64,000 bases of DNA from contig JBEWZL010000156.1 of assembly GCA_045837725.1 (NCBI GenBank), positions 1-64,000 on the forward strand, read 5' to 3'. Shown here one piece after another: positions 13,172 through 25,963 of the stretch (its first letter is position 1; each line of letters opens with the position of its first letter). The notes under the pieces were generated by a model. The model searched no databases. It saw nothing but the letters and a program-made list of their open reading frames with translations, and was not told the DNA's origin. Source of the DNA: Vermamoeba vermiformis (lineage: Eukaryota). A program made the translations under genes and the position numbers.

Positions 13172-15163
13172 TTACTCGGTCTTTTGACCAGACGGATCTT
13201 GCTTCCTTGCTTGTGCGACGAGCGAGACGGCAAGGTACGATAAATACAAGGTAATTGCAGTAGAGGCTAATGACGGAGATTGAGGGTTGTAATTGTGTAC
13301 GAGCCAGCCTCCAAAAGTAGGCGCAACAATTCTATCAATAAGGAGCAGTTAGGTTTAGTTAAAGTTCAATAGTAAATCTGGAATCCGATCCAAAAGTATA
13401 TTCGCGAATATTGAGTAGAACGCTTACCTTGTGAGTGACCCTAAAGCAGCTGAAAAGCCAAGAGTACTTCCAACAATTGACGGATGAACTTCGGTCCTAA
13501 AAATTATTCTTTTAGTAATCGTGTGGGCACGCGACTTTTGACCACTCTAAACACTTACGAAACGAGCGTAGAGATCAAGGTATTGGAAATTCCGCTTAAG
13601 AAGCCCAAGGGCACCATCATCAATGCATGTTGCAAATAAGACCTAAAAAGGAAAGTTAAAAAATTACGCTAGATCTGGTGGATCCGACAAAGGTTACATA
13701 CGAGGTAAATCCAGAAACGAAATAAGATATAGCCAATAAAGGCAATGAATACGTCAATAACTTCAACACGCCATATTTAGCTGTGAGCTTATGGACTCCT
13801 CGTGCTTGAACCATCGAAAACACGATACCGTACAACGCTAGCAAATAGCTATTCGATCTATTTAAAGTATTAATACGACATTAGTAATATAAATAATGCA
13901 TTTTAACTTACTTTGCGTCCAAATTGAGCACCATCGAGTTATAAAATCCAAAAGTACTTTCAAACAAAGTAAAAACAGTGCCGTAGCATAATCTCAACCA
14001 GAGAATTTTGCCTATATCAATATATTAACTAAGTATTCGTATATATATTAATAGAATAGAATTCTGATACTTACGCAATCGCGGTTGTTGAAGACAAGTC
14101 CAAAATGCATTCAAATTCGGCAAGAATTCAGACTTATCGGCTTGAATTAATCTCTTCTCTTTAGGCAGCGATTCTTTTAAGAAGAATATGATACTAAATG
14201 ATTTATATTAAAATACTGAAACACTATAATTGCGGATCTAATAATAAAAGTTACTTTACCTAATAAGGTTAATGAGCGACAAGCCGGCAGCGATTTGTGC
14301 AGGTAATTTAGGATTGATATGCACGACTGAACCACCAATAGCAGGACCAAGAATAAATCCTAAGCTAAATTTGGATCTGTTAATCTCGAGAATTTATGAC
14401 GTTGGTGTTTATAGAAATTAATTGCAGAAATCATTTTTATGATAAATTTCGATAAATATTACTTACCCAAACGCAGCGTATAACATGCCCATTCCTTTAG
14501 CGCGCTGGTCCTTTGTCGTGACGTCTGACAAACAAAAAAGTTAGAAAATTTTGCAATAAATAAGCGATTAATGGTCTGATTATGCCTCATTATTATAGTT
14601 CTGTTGCTCTTATGCATTAATTTTTACCTGCAATGTACGCTTGTGCGAGGGAGATATTTCCTCCTAAAATTCCGTCCAAGATCCGACTAAAGAACAACAT
14701 GAACGGGGTCGTGGCTATAAAATAATATTAATCAATATTTCCTTATGATTCTTCATATTTATTATAATTTAGTTGCAATTTCCAGTGTGATTTTCAATTT
14801 TGCTAAAATATTTACCTTGAGCTAACATTATGAAGCTAGCCAATGTGCCCAATACGCAAATTATAAGCAAAGGCTTGCGTCCATATTTATCTGATAATAT
14901 GCCGATGAAAGGAACGGCGATCAACTGAAACAAGGTTAGGACATGATTCTTAATTGTAATATATTGAATTACTCGACGTCATATCAAAATCGGAATATTT
15001 TAGAATTATTTACCTGTGCGATTGCGTTTGAGGTTTGTAAGAGTCCGATCTCCGTTGGATTCAATCCGTATTCTTTACTAAGATACGGGAATAACGGCAG
15101 GACAATACTAAATCCTAATATATCTACAAGTACAAATAAGAATAGAGAAACTAACGGACTCAT
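13172..15163 (-). CDS. MFS transporter, tetracycline-resistance/DHA1-like
   Basis: DILGFSIVLPLFP, motif A GILSDKYGRKPLL, SRILDGILGGNISLAQAYIADVT, LGFILGPAIGG; multi-exon. Confidence 0.9.
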
Positions 15164-15893
15164 CTTGCAAGACGCCGTCAGATCTTGAGAAGATTACGTA
15201 GAGGCCTCGATAAATTAAACACAACGTTAATAAATAGAGCGATCAATCAACTAAGATATCGCCAGTGTTGTGTTGTTACTATCAACAATAAATAAAGATG
15301 TAAAAAGATATTCCCAAACGAAAAGGCACAAAGTGGCTCGTGCGACTCAAATGGGAAAAACACAACCCAAACCCAAACCCAAATGAACCTTCAAAATGAG
15401 GCTAAAAATACCTCTTCTCGTTGATATCATCTTGATGATTATTATACAATTACACTGTAAGCAAGCTGTGGGCAGATCGAAATAAATTTGTCAACAACGG
15501 TTATTCGACCGACTACTAGATTTATTGAAGTGATCGTTTAAATTAATCCTAACGGTTAAAATATCTTAATTAATTGTCGTTAATCCTAACATGAATCCAC
15601 GGTTTTACCTTGATCTCGACTATCTTACCTTTTCTCCAAGCCTTTTGTTTCCTTAATACACCACTTTAGAGACTATATTTTAGTTTGGATTTCTCTTTGT
15701 TGTTGTTACGTAGTTATAATCAAAAGAAAATGAATTGACCAATAGTTTCGTTTCGCGGGGTTTTCGGCGCGCATTTTTGGCGGGCAATGAAAAAATCATT
15801 TATCTTTTTCGCTCTTGTGTATTTACAACAAGCGTCAAGACGAACTTTCTAACTTTAAGTTGTTATTCTGGATCGTCTTAACAGCTCCTCATA

Positions 15894-18800
15894 ATGCATA
15901 TTAAGAAAGTAATTATCAAGGGTTTCAAATCCTACTCCTCGCAGTCGGATTTCGATACTTTTCACCCTAGAACCAACGTAATCGGTATGTATATATTTAA
16001 TATAGGCTTCATATAATTTTTGAGTCGATCTGGCAAGTTTTCTAATTTTTGTTTTAAATCAGTTGGTAAAAACGGAGCTGGTAAATCAAACTTTATTGAT
16101 GGTAAGCATTTAATGTGCTATATTAGCGCTCGATTTAATATTAAACGATTTCTTCTAGCCATCAGATTCGTTCTTAGCACAGACAAGTATCGCAAGCTCC
16201 GATCTGAAGACAGAAAGGCTTTGTTGCACGTAAGTCCTATTGATTTAATATACGCGAGTAAGTACTAATATCATCTGATGCATAGCACGGTACTAAAGAT
16301 ACCGTCTTGTCTGGCTATGTCGAAATCCACTTTGATAACAGCGACAAGCGTTTGCCGGTAAGAAATCAATTCCTTAAAAATATGTTAAATATTATGGAGG
16401 TTTTATTGTTGGATTAAACGCTAACTGCATCTGATTCTAAGGTGGATAGCACTGAAGTCATCTTGCGAAGAAACATTGGTTTGAAGAAGGACGAATATTT
16501 TTTGAACAACAAACACGTCTCGTAAGTACATTATTGATAAATTGGCCTTTGAAAATTTGATTTTGTCAAATCTGAGTTGGCGCCAAAAAACCTAAATCCG
16601 CCAAATAATCTCCTAAAATATCCTAATTAATTCCCTATTTTTTTAGAGCTGAGGACGTTATGAACTTGTTCGAATCCGCTGGTTTTTCGCGCTCTAACCC
16701 TTACTACATTGTCATGCAAGGTCAAGTCCAAGCTCTTGCCAAAATGAAGGCCTCTGAACGCCTTGAACTCTTGAAAGAAGTCGCTGGTACCAACGTGTAC
16801 GAAGAGCGTCGCGCTGAGAGTTTGAAGATTCTGCAAGACACTGAGAGCAGAAAAAAGAAGATCGAGGAAGTTCTTGCGTACATTGAAGAACGTCTTTCTG
16901 AGCTCGAATCTGAAAAGAACGAATTGAAGGAATACCAACAACTTGACAGAGACCGTCGTGCGTTGGAGTACTCCATCTACGAATCTGAAAAGCGAGCGTG
17001 CGATGAACAACTTGCTGAGCTCGAAGAATCACGTGACACTGATGCCACCAAAGTAACACAATTCCATCAACAAGTGCTGAGCAGACACGACGCTGTCAAG
17101 GCCGCGGAGAAGGAGCTTAAGGCATTGTTGGCCGATCAAAGCAGAGCTACTGCCGATAAGGATCTGTACCAAGGCGAGAAGCAAGAGTACATCAAAGCCA
17201 AGGCCAGATTGGAACTTGAACTTAAGGACTGCCAAGACATCATTGCTGCTCACGAGAACAGACGCAAAGACATCTCCAACGAACTGAAGGACGTGCAAAA
17301 GTCCATCAAGAAGACCAACTCAGACCTCGACAAAGCCCGTCCTAAGTACCAAGACGCCGTCAAAGAAGAGGCTGACTTGAAGGAGAACTTGAGCTCGAAA
17401 GAACGCAAGGTCCAAGAACTTTATGCCAAGCAAGGTCGTAACGCCCAGTTCTCGTCCAAGAAGGCTCGTGACGACTGGATCAAGAAGGAAGTTAAAGAAC
17501 TCGAAGCTGCTGTCAACACTAAGAAGAAGCAATTAGAAGCTGTCCAAAAGGAGCTCGAAGAAATCGACGAGCGTCTTGGCAAATCAAAGTCTAAGTCAGA
17601 CGACAGAACCAAGGGTCTTCAAGAGCGCAAGGAAGCTTTGGACAAATTGAACGACGAATACAACGACCTCAAGAACAAGCGAGACGAATTCGCTAACCGC
17701 AGAAAGGACTTGTGGCGCCAAGAAGCTGAGAGCGAGAGCGAGACTTTGCGCCTTCGCACTGAATTATTGAAGGTCGAACGTCAATTGCAATCAACTGTCA
17801 GCAAAGAAGTCAACCAGGGTCTTAGCTCCATCAGAAGAATCGCTGGAGAACAAAAGATCAGCGGTGTCTACGGCCCTATGATCGAGTTGTTTGACGTCGA
17901 TGAAGAATATATGGCCGCTGTTGAAGTCACTGCCGGCAACAGTCTGTTCTACGTTGTAGTTGACACTGACAAGACTGCCACGACTTTGTTGGACGAATTG
18001 AACAAGGAGCGCGCTGGTCGTGTTACGTTCATTCCTTTGAACCAGCTTGCCACTAAGGAGCCCAAGCACGCTGCTTCTTCATCAGCCACACCTTTGACTG
18101 ACATTCTCACTTACGACAAGAAGACCTACGAGAAGGCATTCAACCAGATTTTCGGCAAGACTTTGCTTTGCCAGACCCTCGAAGTTGGTGCTCAAATCTC
18201 CAAGTCTCACAACATGAACTGCGTCACCCCGCAAGGAGACCAAATCAACACTAAGGGTGCTTTGTCCGGTGGTTTCTACGACGTCCGTGTGTCCAGACTG
18301 AAGGCCATGAAGACCATTAAAGAGTACCGCGAGAAGTTGCGTGGCATTACTGAGCAATCAAAGAAACAGAAGAAGCAAATTGCTGACTGTGATCAACGCA
18401 TCAACCAGATCCTCGGTGAAATGCAAAAGATCGACACTGAGCGCGCTAAGCAACACGAGGCTTACGAGACTTTCGACACTAAGGCTAGATCTAGTGCCAA
18501 GAAGATGTTGGAAGACCAAGAGAAGTTGGAGCAGAAACAACGCGAGTACAACGAGCAACAAAGCTCTATTACACAGTTGGAAGAGTCTATCAAGGCTCTC
18601 CGTGCTGAATTAGGAACTGAATTGCTCGACAAGCTCACTGCTGCCGAACAAAAGCAACTGCGCGAGCTCAACGACGACATCACTAAGTTGAACGAAGAGC
18701 TCATCAAGGTCTCGCAACAACGCGCTCAATTGGAAGGTCAAAAGAACGAGTTGGAGAACTTGCTGCAAAACTTTTTGTTGAAGAGACAAGAAGAGTTGGA

Positions 18801-20111
18801 AGGTGTTTTGAACTCACTCGAGATCAGCGAAGAACAAACACGTTTGAAGCGCATTCAATCCGACTTGGACGGTGTCAACGCCTCACTTGCTGACATTAAC
18901 AAGCGCCAATCAGAGTTCGAAAGCAAGATTGAAGACAACAACAAGGCTATCAACGATCTCAAGAACAGAATCGAAGATCTTAAGAAGAGCGAGAGCGATG
19001 CCCAAAAGAAACTTCAAAACGAGTCTAAGAACATGGAACGATTGTTGAACAAGCGAAGTATGCTGTTGCAGAAGCGCGAAGAGAGCTTGAAGAAGATCCG
19101 CGACATTGGCTCGTTGCCCACTGAAGCCTTGGAGAAGTTCCGCGAACTCGAACTTCAGGATATGCACGTGCAATTGCGTGACATCAAGAACAACTTGAAG
19201 AAGTACAGCTCCGTCAACAAGAAGGCCTTGGACCAATACGTCAACTTCACTGAGCAACACGAAGACTTGTCTAACAGAAAGAACGAGTTGGATGCCAGCA
19301 AGGGCGCCATTGACGAGCTCGTCGAAGAGTTGGATCGCAAGAAGGACGAAGCTATTGAAAGAACTTTCAAGGGAGTTGCCAAGTTCTTCAGCGAAGTCTT
19401 TTCAGAACTGACTGGAGGTGGCCGTGCCAACTTGATTATGCAAAAGGTAAGTCCTAAGTGGCTCTTATGATCGTTGTTTATGAGTGCTAACGTTATTGTT
19501 GAACAGCCTAAAGGTGAAAAAGAACTCGAAGGCCCCGAGAGAATTCGAAGCTACCGTGGTGTTGAAGTTCAAGTCGCATTCAACCCTAACGCCCCTGAAT
19601 ACCAAAACATGTCTCAATTATCAGGTACGCATGGCTACTAAGTAACCATAGTGACAAGGCTTCGTATTAATCCTGTCTTATTCTCGTAGGTGGTCAACAA
19701 TCATTGGTCGCACTTGCTTTGATCTTCGCCATTCAACGTTGCGATCCTGCACCGTTCTATGTGTTTGACGAAATCGACCCTGCCCTCGACGATAACCACC
19801 GACATGCAGTCGCTGTGATGATTAAGAAGCAATCGAAGGTCATCCAATTCATCACCACTTCGCACAGACCTGAGCTCGTGTCCGCTGCCCACAAGTGCTA
19901 CAAGATCACGTTCACCAACAGAGTCAGCAACATTGTGTCCGTTATGACTGAAGAGGCCTTAGAGCTCATTAAAGAGGTCGAAGAAGAAGAGGACGCGCAA
20001 CAAGAGCGCTCTCGATCGGTCAATGTCAGTCGAACGAGCAGAAACAGATCCGTTGAAGCTGCGCAGTCTGAAGAAGAAGAGGCTGAAGGCGGTGAAGCTA
20101 GCGATGAATAA
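15894..20111 (+). CDS. SMC3: Cohesin subunit SMC3
   Basis: MHIKKVIIKGFKSY, Walker A GKNGAGKSNF, acetylation patch GLKKDEYFL, FSRSNPYYIV, hinge GRVTFIPLN, signature LSGGQ, Walker B PAPFYVFDEID. Large exon about 16648-19446. Confidence 0.97.
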
Positions 20112-20355
20112 GCGTGTTTTGTTCGTATTTGCGTGTAGTTGATTAGAATTGTAATATAGTATTAAAACATTATCTAAAAACGAGATCGGATCCGTTGGGC
20201 AGCTTAAGCTTTACTTGACTTAACGTCGTTATTCAAAACAACGTTGAACAGGAGCTTAAATTGTGCTCGCATTTGCTCAGGTGGTCTGAGGCTGATTCGA
20301 GGAAATTAACATCCATTTTTCAGTCATAAATTTCCATCATTACAGATCACCATAA

Positions 20356-23300
20356 ATGAGCGTACGAAAAAGAGAAAGAGACATTGATGATGATATGAGC
20401 GAGGAGGATTACATACCAAAGGCAAAGAAACCCCGCGTAGATCAGAACGAAAAAGCCGACGCCAAAAAATCCAAAAACAAAAATAAAAAAAAGGAGATGG
20501 ATGCCGAGCCTGTCTATGACATGGAAGCTGACCAGGAATGCGTAGAACTGCCGCCAGAAATTCTTGTGCAAATATTTGGATATCTTCGAAGAAAAGATCT
20601 TAATTCTGCTGGTCGCGTGAACCACCATTGGCAGCTGTGTTCGAGAGATGATTCATTATTTTGGCTGCCTATTTGGAAGATCGGTTTGCGCGAAGATAAG
20701 GGCGGTTATGATGCCGCCTTATGTTGGAACAAAACGTCGTCCTATCTAAAGCAAACACACCAAAGTAATCGATTATATATGGACCTTCGCATTATACAAC
20801 CCGATCTTAAGATCTAACTTATTATTATAGAGCTAATGCCCAAAGCAGCCCGCGAGTTTCACTTTGGAGAGGCAGCCGTAAACGCGACACCAGTCTCTGC
20901 AACAATGATCCAAGGCGGTATGCTGTCTGGCTTAAATACTAAACATAGTCGCGACGTTACTATGTTTGTCGTGGTAAGTGCTTTCTTAGCAAAGAAAAAT
21001 GGTGCCTTTTTTCTAAGAATTGGATCGCATATTTTAGCTCAAAGATAAGAAAGGCCAGGCGATTGCCATGACACGATTTGTTGCTCCTAATGCATGTTGG
21101 GCCCCTGATTTGTCAATGGATTGCTATCGCCATACCATCAGCCCGAATAACTCCTTCCCAGCTGGAGTCAAGGGGTACACTCTCGACATTGAAGTGCAAC
21201 CGTGGAGGTAAGCATGCTATTAATAACACTCGTACCGAATTTATTGTAAACCGCCATTTTATTTTCCTAGAATTGAGCGTGATGTGCGTGAAGGAGCGGC
21301 GCAGCACCAAGCCGTTGGTGGATTCGTTCGACGAATTGTTAACAAGCTGAAAAATTCTACTAATAGCTATGACTTGGACATTACCGAGTTTTTTGATCCG
21401 AAAGAATGTTATTTGCCTGCGGTAAGTCTCGTTTCTTATTTCTAACGAATTCTCTACCCACGCTCGATCGTACAGGTTGTGCCCACGTTATCAGAACAGC
21501 CTGACAAGATTAAAGGGGTTAAACTGCACCAATATCAACTCAGCGCCATTAACTGGATGTTAGCGACTGAAACAAGCCAAAAGGGTAAGCGGTTTTGAGG
21601 CATTTTATTCCTGGATCCGTCTTTCGTATGCACACCGGTCTGGCCGCAAAATAGTCAAGTGGTACCTCCTTATGTGAAATATATTGAATAATATGATCTC
21701 CGAACGACCTAGTTGTGGTTAGGACGTACTTTTTGTTTAGAAAAACCGACAATAGTTTGAGGAGGGCTATTTGCTAACCGTTTGTTTATTCGTAGCCTTC
21801 ACGATTTCTCCATTATTCCCTGCTGTTGCCAATTTGTCCGTGTTCATTGGTGAAAGAGAGCACAAGTTCGTAACGAATGATAACGCGAAAGCATACGATT
21901 GGAATATTATGCCAAAGGGCGGAATTTTAGCGGATGAAATGGGCTTGGGAAAAACGATGGAAATGATCGGACTTATTTTATCGAATCCGATGAAAGAAGC
22001 GCCTGAAGCCAAACCCTACTTTAGTACCAAAGCAACCTTGGGTAAGGCTTACTAAAGGACTAAATGGTTCATATTCTTAATATATTCTGACTTATTAATA
22101 TAGTCGCTTGTCCGAACCATTTGGTGCAACAGTGGCACAACGAGATTGAAAAGCATTCGGCCGACAAACTCAAAATTTTGCAATTAACGACCATCAATCA
22201 CATTAAAGCAACGACTTATCAACAGATTATCGATGCTGGTAAGTCTTAATGACCATGTATTATCAATTGCTGCCAATCCTTGAAATGTCCTCATTTTTTT
22301 GATGGATCGCGTACTGGACAAATTTATTAATTTAAAATTCAAAGTTATTTCTTAGAGCCGCGGCTATTAATATCTCATTTTTAATCAGACGTTGTTATCG
22401 TATCATACAACTTGCTTCAAAACAAAAACTACGTCGCGTTTCCGCACGATCCGAAGACTTTTGGTGTCAAGAAACAAAAGAAATATCTTTTAGAATCTAT
22501 CGGCATCGAAGACGAGCCGTCAGTTGCTGACCTGACAGCGTACAAGCGCATGACATTGATGCGCAAGTCACTTAAAGAGGTGCAAGACAAACAGCCGAAG
22601 AGTATCAAAGGCGTGATTCTCGATCACTTCCATTGGCACCGCATAGTTATGGACGAAGGTCATGAACTCATTAACGATAAAACTGTCAACGGTAACTACC
22701 CTAATTATGATCACCTTTATTACTTTTCGAAACAAAAATCAAAGCAAAATAATTATTTTGATGTCGGGCATTGTAAACTTACCAATCTTGCTAGACTTTA
22801 TGCTTGCCAAATTTAGAAAGACCTACGCGTGGTACATGACCGGAACGCCGTTCCCGACTTTGTAAGTATAAAATAAGTGCATAATAAGGTTTAGAAGATG
22901 ATGTATTAATACGGAGCTAATAATAGCAACGCGCTCGATGGCGTGAGAAAATTTTTGGATTTTTACGTGCCCAAGCCAAATGAAACATCAAAGGATGACA
23001 AAGATGAGGAGGACGATGAGGATGGGGAGGGCGATGAAGATGAGGACGATGATTTTGGCACTTTTGGCACCTTCACTAGCACTCACTTGGACAATGTAGA
23101 TTTTAAGGACTATCCCGAGTACCGCAAATCAAGCTATTTAAAGTACGGCAATTGGAATAGAAGCGAGAGAAAGCCTTATAACATCTTGTACTTTGAGTAA
23201 GTATTCCCGATCGATCTGGAGATATTTCCAAAAAAGGAAACTGATAGCATTTACGACAGCAATATCCTGAACAACATGTTAGTTGACAATTTGCTTTGGC

Positions 23301-24927
23301 GCAACACAAAAGTGAGTCGTTGAAAAATATCTTGTTGTGTCACGTGCTTATTTTATTCATGAAATTTCGTTTAGGCGAGTGTTTCGGACGAATACAAAAT
23401 GACTGACACGAAGCACGAGTGCGTCTTGTTGGATTTCACACCAATCGAATCCGCAATTTATGAAGACCTACAATTTGCCAAGCCTAAAAAACAGTCGCTG
23501 TTCCCCATAGCCCGAGCAAAACAAAAAGAAAAAGAATTAGATCCGTTACGAGAGCTGTGTTGCAAATTGGATCCGGACTGGGGTGACAGTTTGACCGACA
23601 TCCGCAAAACTTTTATCACTAAGAAGATTAACGATATTGATAATGATGAAGACTTGTCACATACATTACAAAAACGCTTAATTGAGTGCAAAGATATGTT
23701 GGCGAGCAAAACTTTCAGTGGCTGGGATGTTTATGAAGCGCGCAAGTTTATTCAAATGTATCCGACTAAAATGGACGAAGTCAAGCAAAAGTTAATTACA
23801 CATCGAAAGATTAAGAAGAAATTGGAAGATTATGTAAGGACCTTATTAGAATAATGTCTGATGAGTCTAACATTTGCCACAGGATCCAGCCGTTGAGTTG
23901 AAGAACGCAAAGGTATATAGTTTCTCCTTTAATAGAGAACTAATCCTCATGTTTTCATTTTAGGAAAAACTGATCGAGAAGCGTGGCACGAAGCTAGGAA
24001 ATCTCGTTGTGTATTTGCAAAAATTGTTCGCGGATGCACCGACCACGCGAGTGATCATCTTCTCACAGTTCAGCGATTATTTGCAACTCATTGAAAGCGT
24101 TCTTGACCAGCACGATATATCGTCCTGCACGGTGGAAGGGTGAGTCGAACGGAAAAACATTATTACCATATATAGTGATGAGCTAATCCGTTCATGAAAA
24201 GCAACGTGTTCCGCAAGACCAAAGCACTGGACAAGTTCAAAGACAGCGAGTCAGAAGTGAAAGTCATTTTGTTGAGTTTGAGCAAGGCTGCCTCAGGAAC
24301 CAATTTGATTGAAGCCTCGCACGTGATACTCATGGGTACGTAATGACATCAACACCAATTTAGTACAAACATTTTTCCTCGCAATTACACAGTAATTTTA
24401 TTCGCCATTCTTTGGCAAACTTTTTTTTCGCTCGTTTCAATTGGCGTTGATCGTACAAGATTCTACTGACATAATTAACTTCGCTGTGTTTATAACGGTG
24501 TTGTTTTTTTCTAATGTCTCGTGCGCTTTAGATCCGATGTCTGGTAGTCGAGAAGAAGCACAAGCGTACGAAACACAAGCCATTGGTCGAGCACAACGAC
24601 AAGGCCAGACCAAGCCAGTGACAGTCGTGAGATTTATTATCAAGAACACTATTGAACACGATCTCTACTTGAGAAATGTCAGTCATAGTAAGTAGATCAA
24701 GATCCGAACCCAAAAACAATTGAAAATGACACGTGTCACAAACTACTGATATTAACAATTCTACTCTAATTATAGACAAGCTCAGTCGCAGTTCATCAAT
24801 GATGGTGCGCAGTGGCAGCTTTGTCAACTTCAAATTGGACGATGATAATGATGATTGCAATGAGTTCAGCGGTGACTTGAACGATGAAGCTGAGGCAGGA
24901 GATACTGACGCGATGAGCGACGATTAA
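20356..24927 (+). CDS. F-box + SNF2-family (Rad5/Rad16/SHPRH-like) ATPase
   Basis: F-box LPPEILVQIFGYL..VNHHW; GGILADEMGLGKT; WHRIVMDEGH; WYMTGTP; IIFSQF; SGTNLIEASHV; QAIGRAQRQGQTKPVTVVRF; many introns. Confidence 0.88.
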
Positions 24928-25197
24928 GTTGATTATTAGTTTGTGATGGTAGTGTAGGGTAGTAAAATTTGTGTATTCTTTTCAACGTCAATGTTGCACC
25001 TCTGACTCGTCATCAAACCTATCCTTCTAGCAATAGGGCCACATGAACCAATGAACAAAGCAGATCCGCTGGTCAGTGCAAAGCCTGCCTTTAATGATGC
25101 CTCAGCCTAGACTGTCTACCGACTGCACAGAACAGCAACTTGACGGACAATGGGCTCCCACACAGATTTTTTTCTTATTTTCTTTCACTGCTTTGAA

Positions 25198-25950
25198 ATG
25201 GAATTGAGCTCAACACAAAGTGTGCTTAATTTAATACTGCAACATGGAGAATATTTACTGCCGCTTATTATTGAGTGGTGTAGCCTGAGAGCGCAGCTGA
25301 ACTTAACGCAAGTACGGCATCCAACAATTTTATTTTTTAATTGCACGATTAATATTAATTTAATTACACGAAATTATGTGAATAAAAAATATTAATATTT
25401 TAAGAGGTTTCAAAAGAATTAATGCGCCTTGGCGAGGACGATCGAATCTGGAAAAAGCTTCTACAAAGAGATTTTGGCCATAAAGTGGATAATTATAGCG
25501 TAAACAATAATAGCAAGGCTAATTCAACGCCAAAATTTAAAACAATTTACGCTCGAACGTGGATTAAATGTTGCAGTCAGAACGAAGCACTCAAACGCAA
25601 GCTATCAATATGGTTCATTAATGAACTTAATACCATGAGCAGATATATTGATTTTCCTGATAACATACGAGATTGCCTCCACGTCAAGACAAGGTAACAA
25701 CATCCAACCCGGATCTCGATTCAAAAGTATTTTAGTAACCTCTATTATACATAGCTTCCTACCAAATGACCGCACCATCAATATTAAATACTTTGGATGC
25801 GCTCAATGCAACATGTGGATGCATCTGGTCTGCGACAAAAAGAAAGCAACCCGTTTGCTATTGAAACATTTAGAAGTGCGCAGTTTGCCCGAAAAATATA
25901 AGAAAGAAATATTAGGAGAACGTACACGTATTACTAGCGACCCTAAATAG
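25198..25950 (+). CDS. Small F-box-like protein with C-terminal Cys/His motif
   Basis: LPLIIEWCSLRAQLNLTQ|VSKELMRLGEDDRIWKKLLQRDF (F-box-like) and CAQCNMWMHLVC; three exons. Confidence 0.6.
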
Positions 25951-25963
25951 CTCTATTGGTATT

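Noticed and set aside
19610-19790. SMC3 LSGGQQ and DEIDPALD deviations
   Set aside because: Single substitutions at tolerant positions; the core ATPase motifs are intact.
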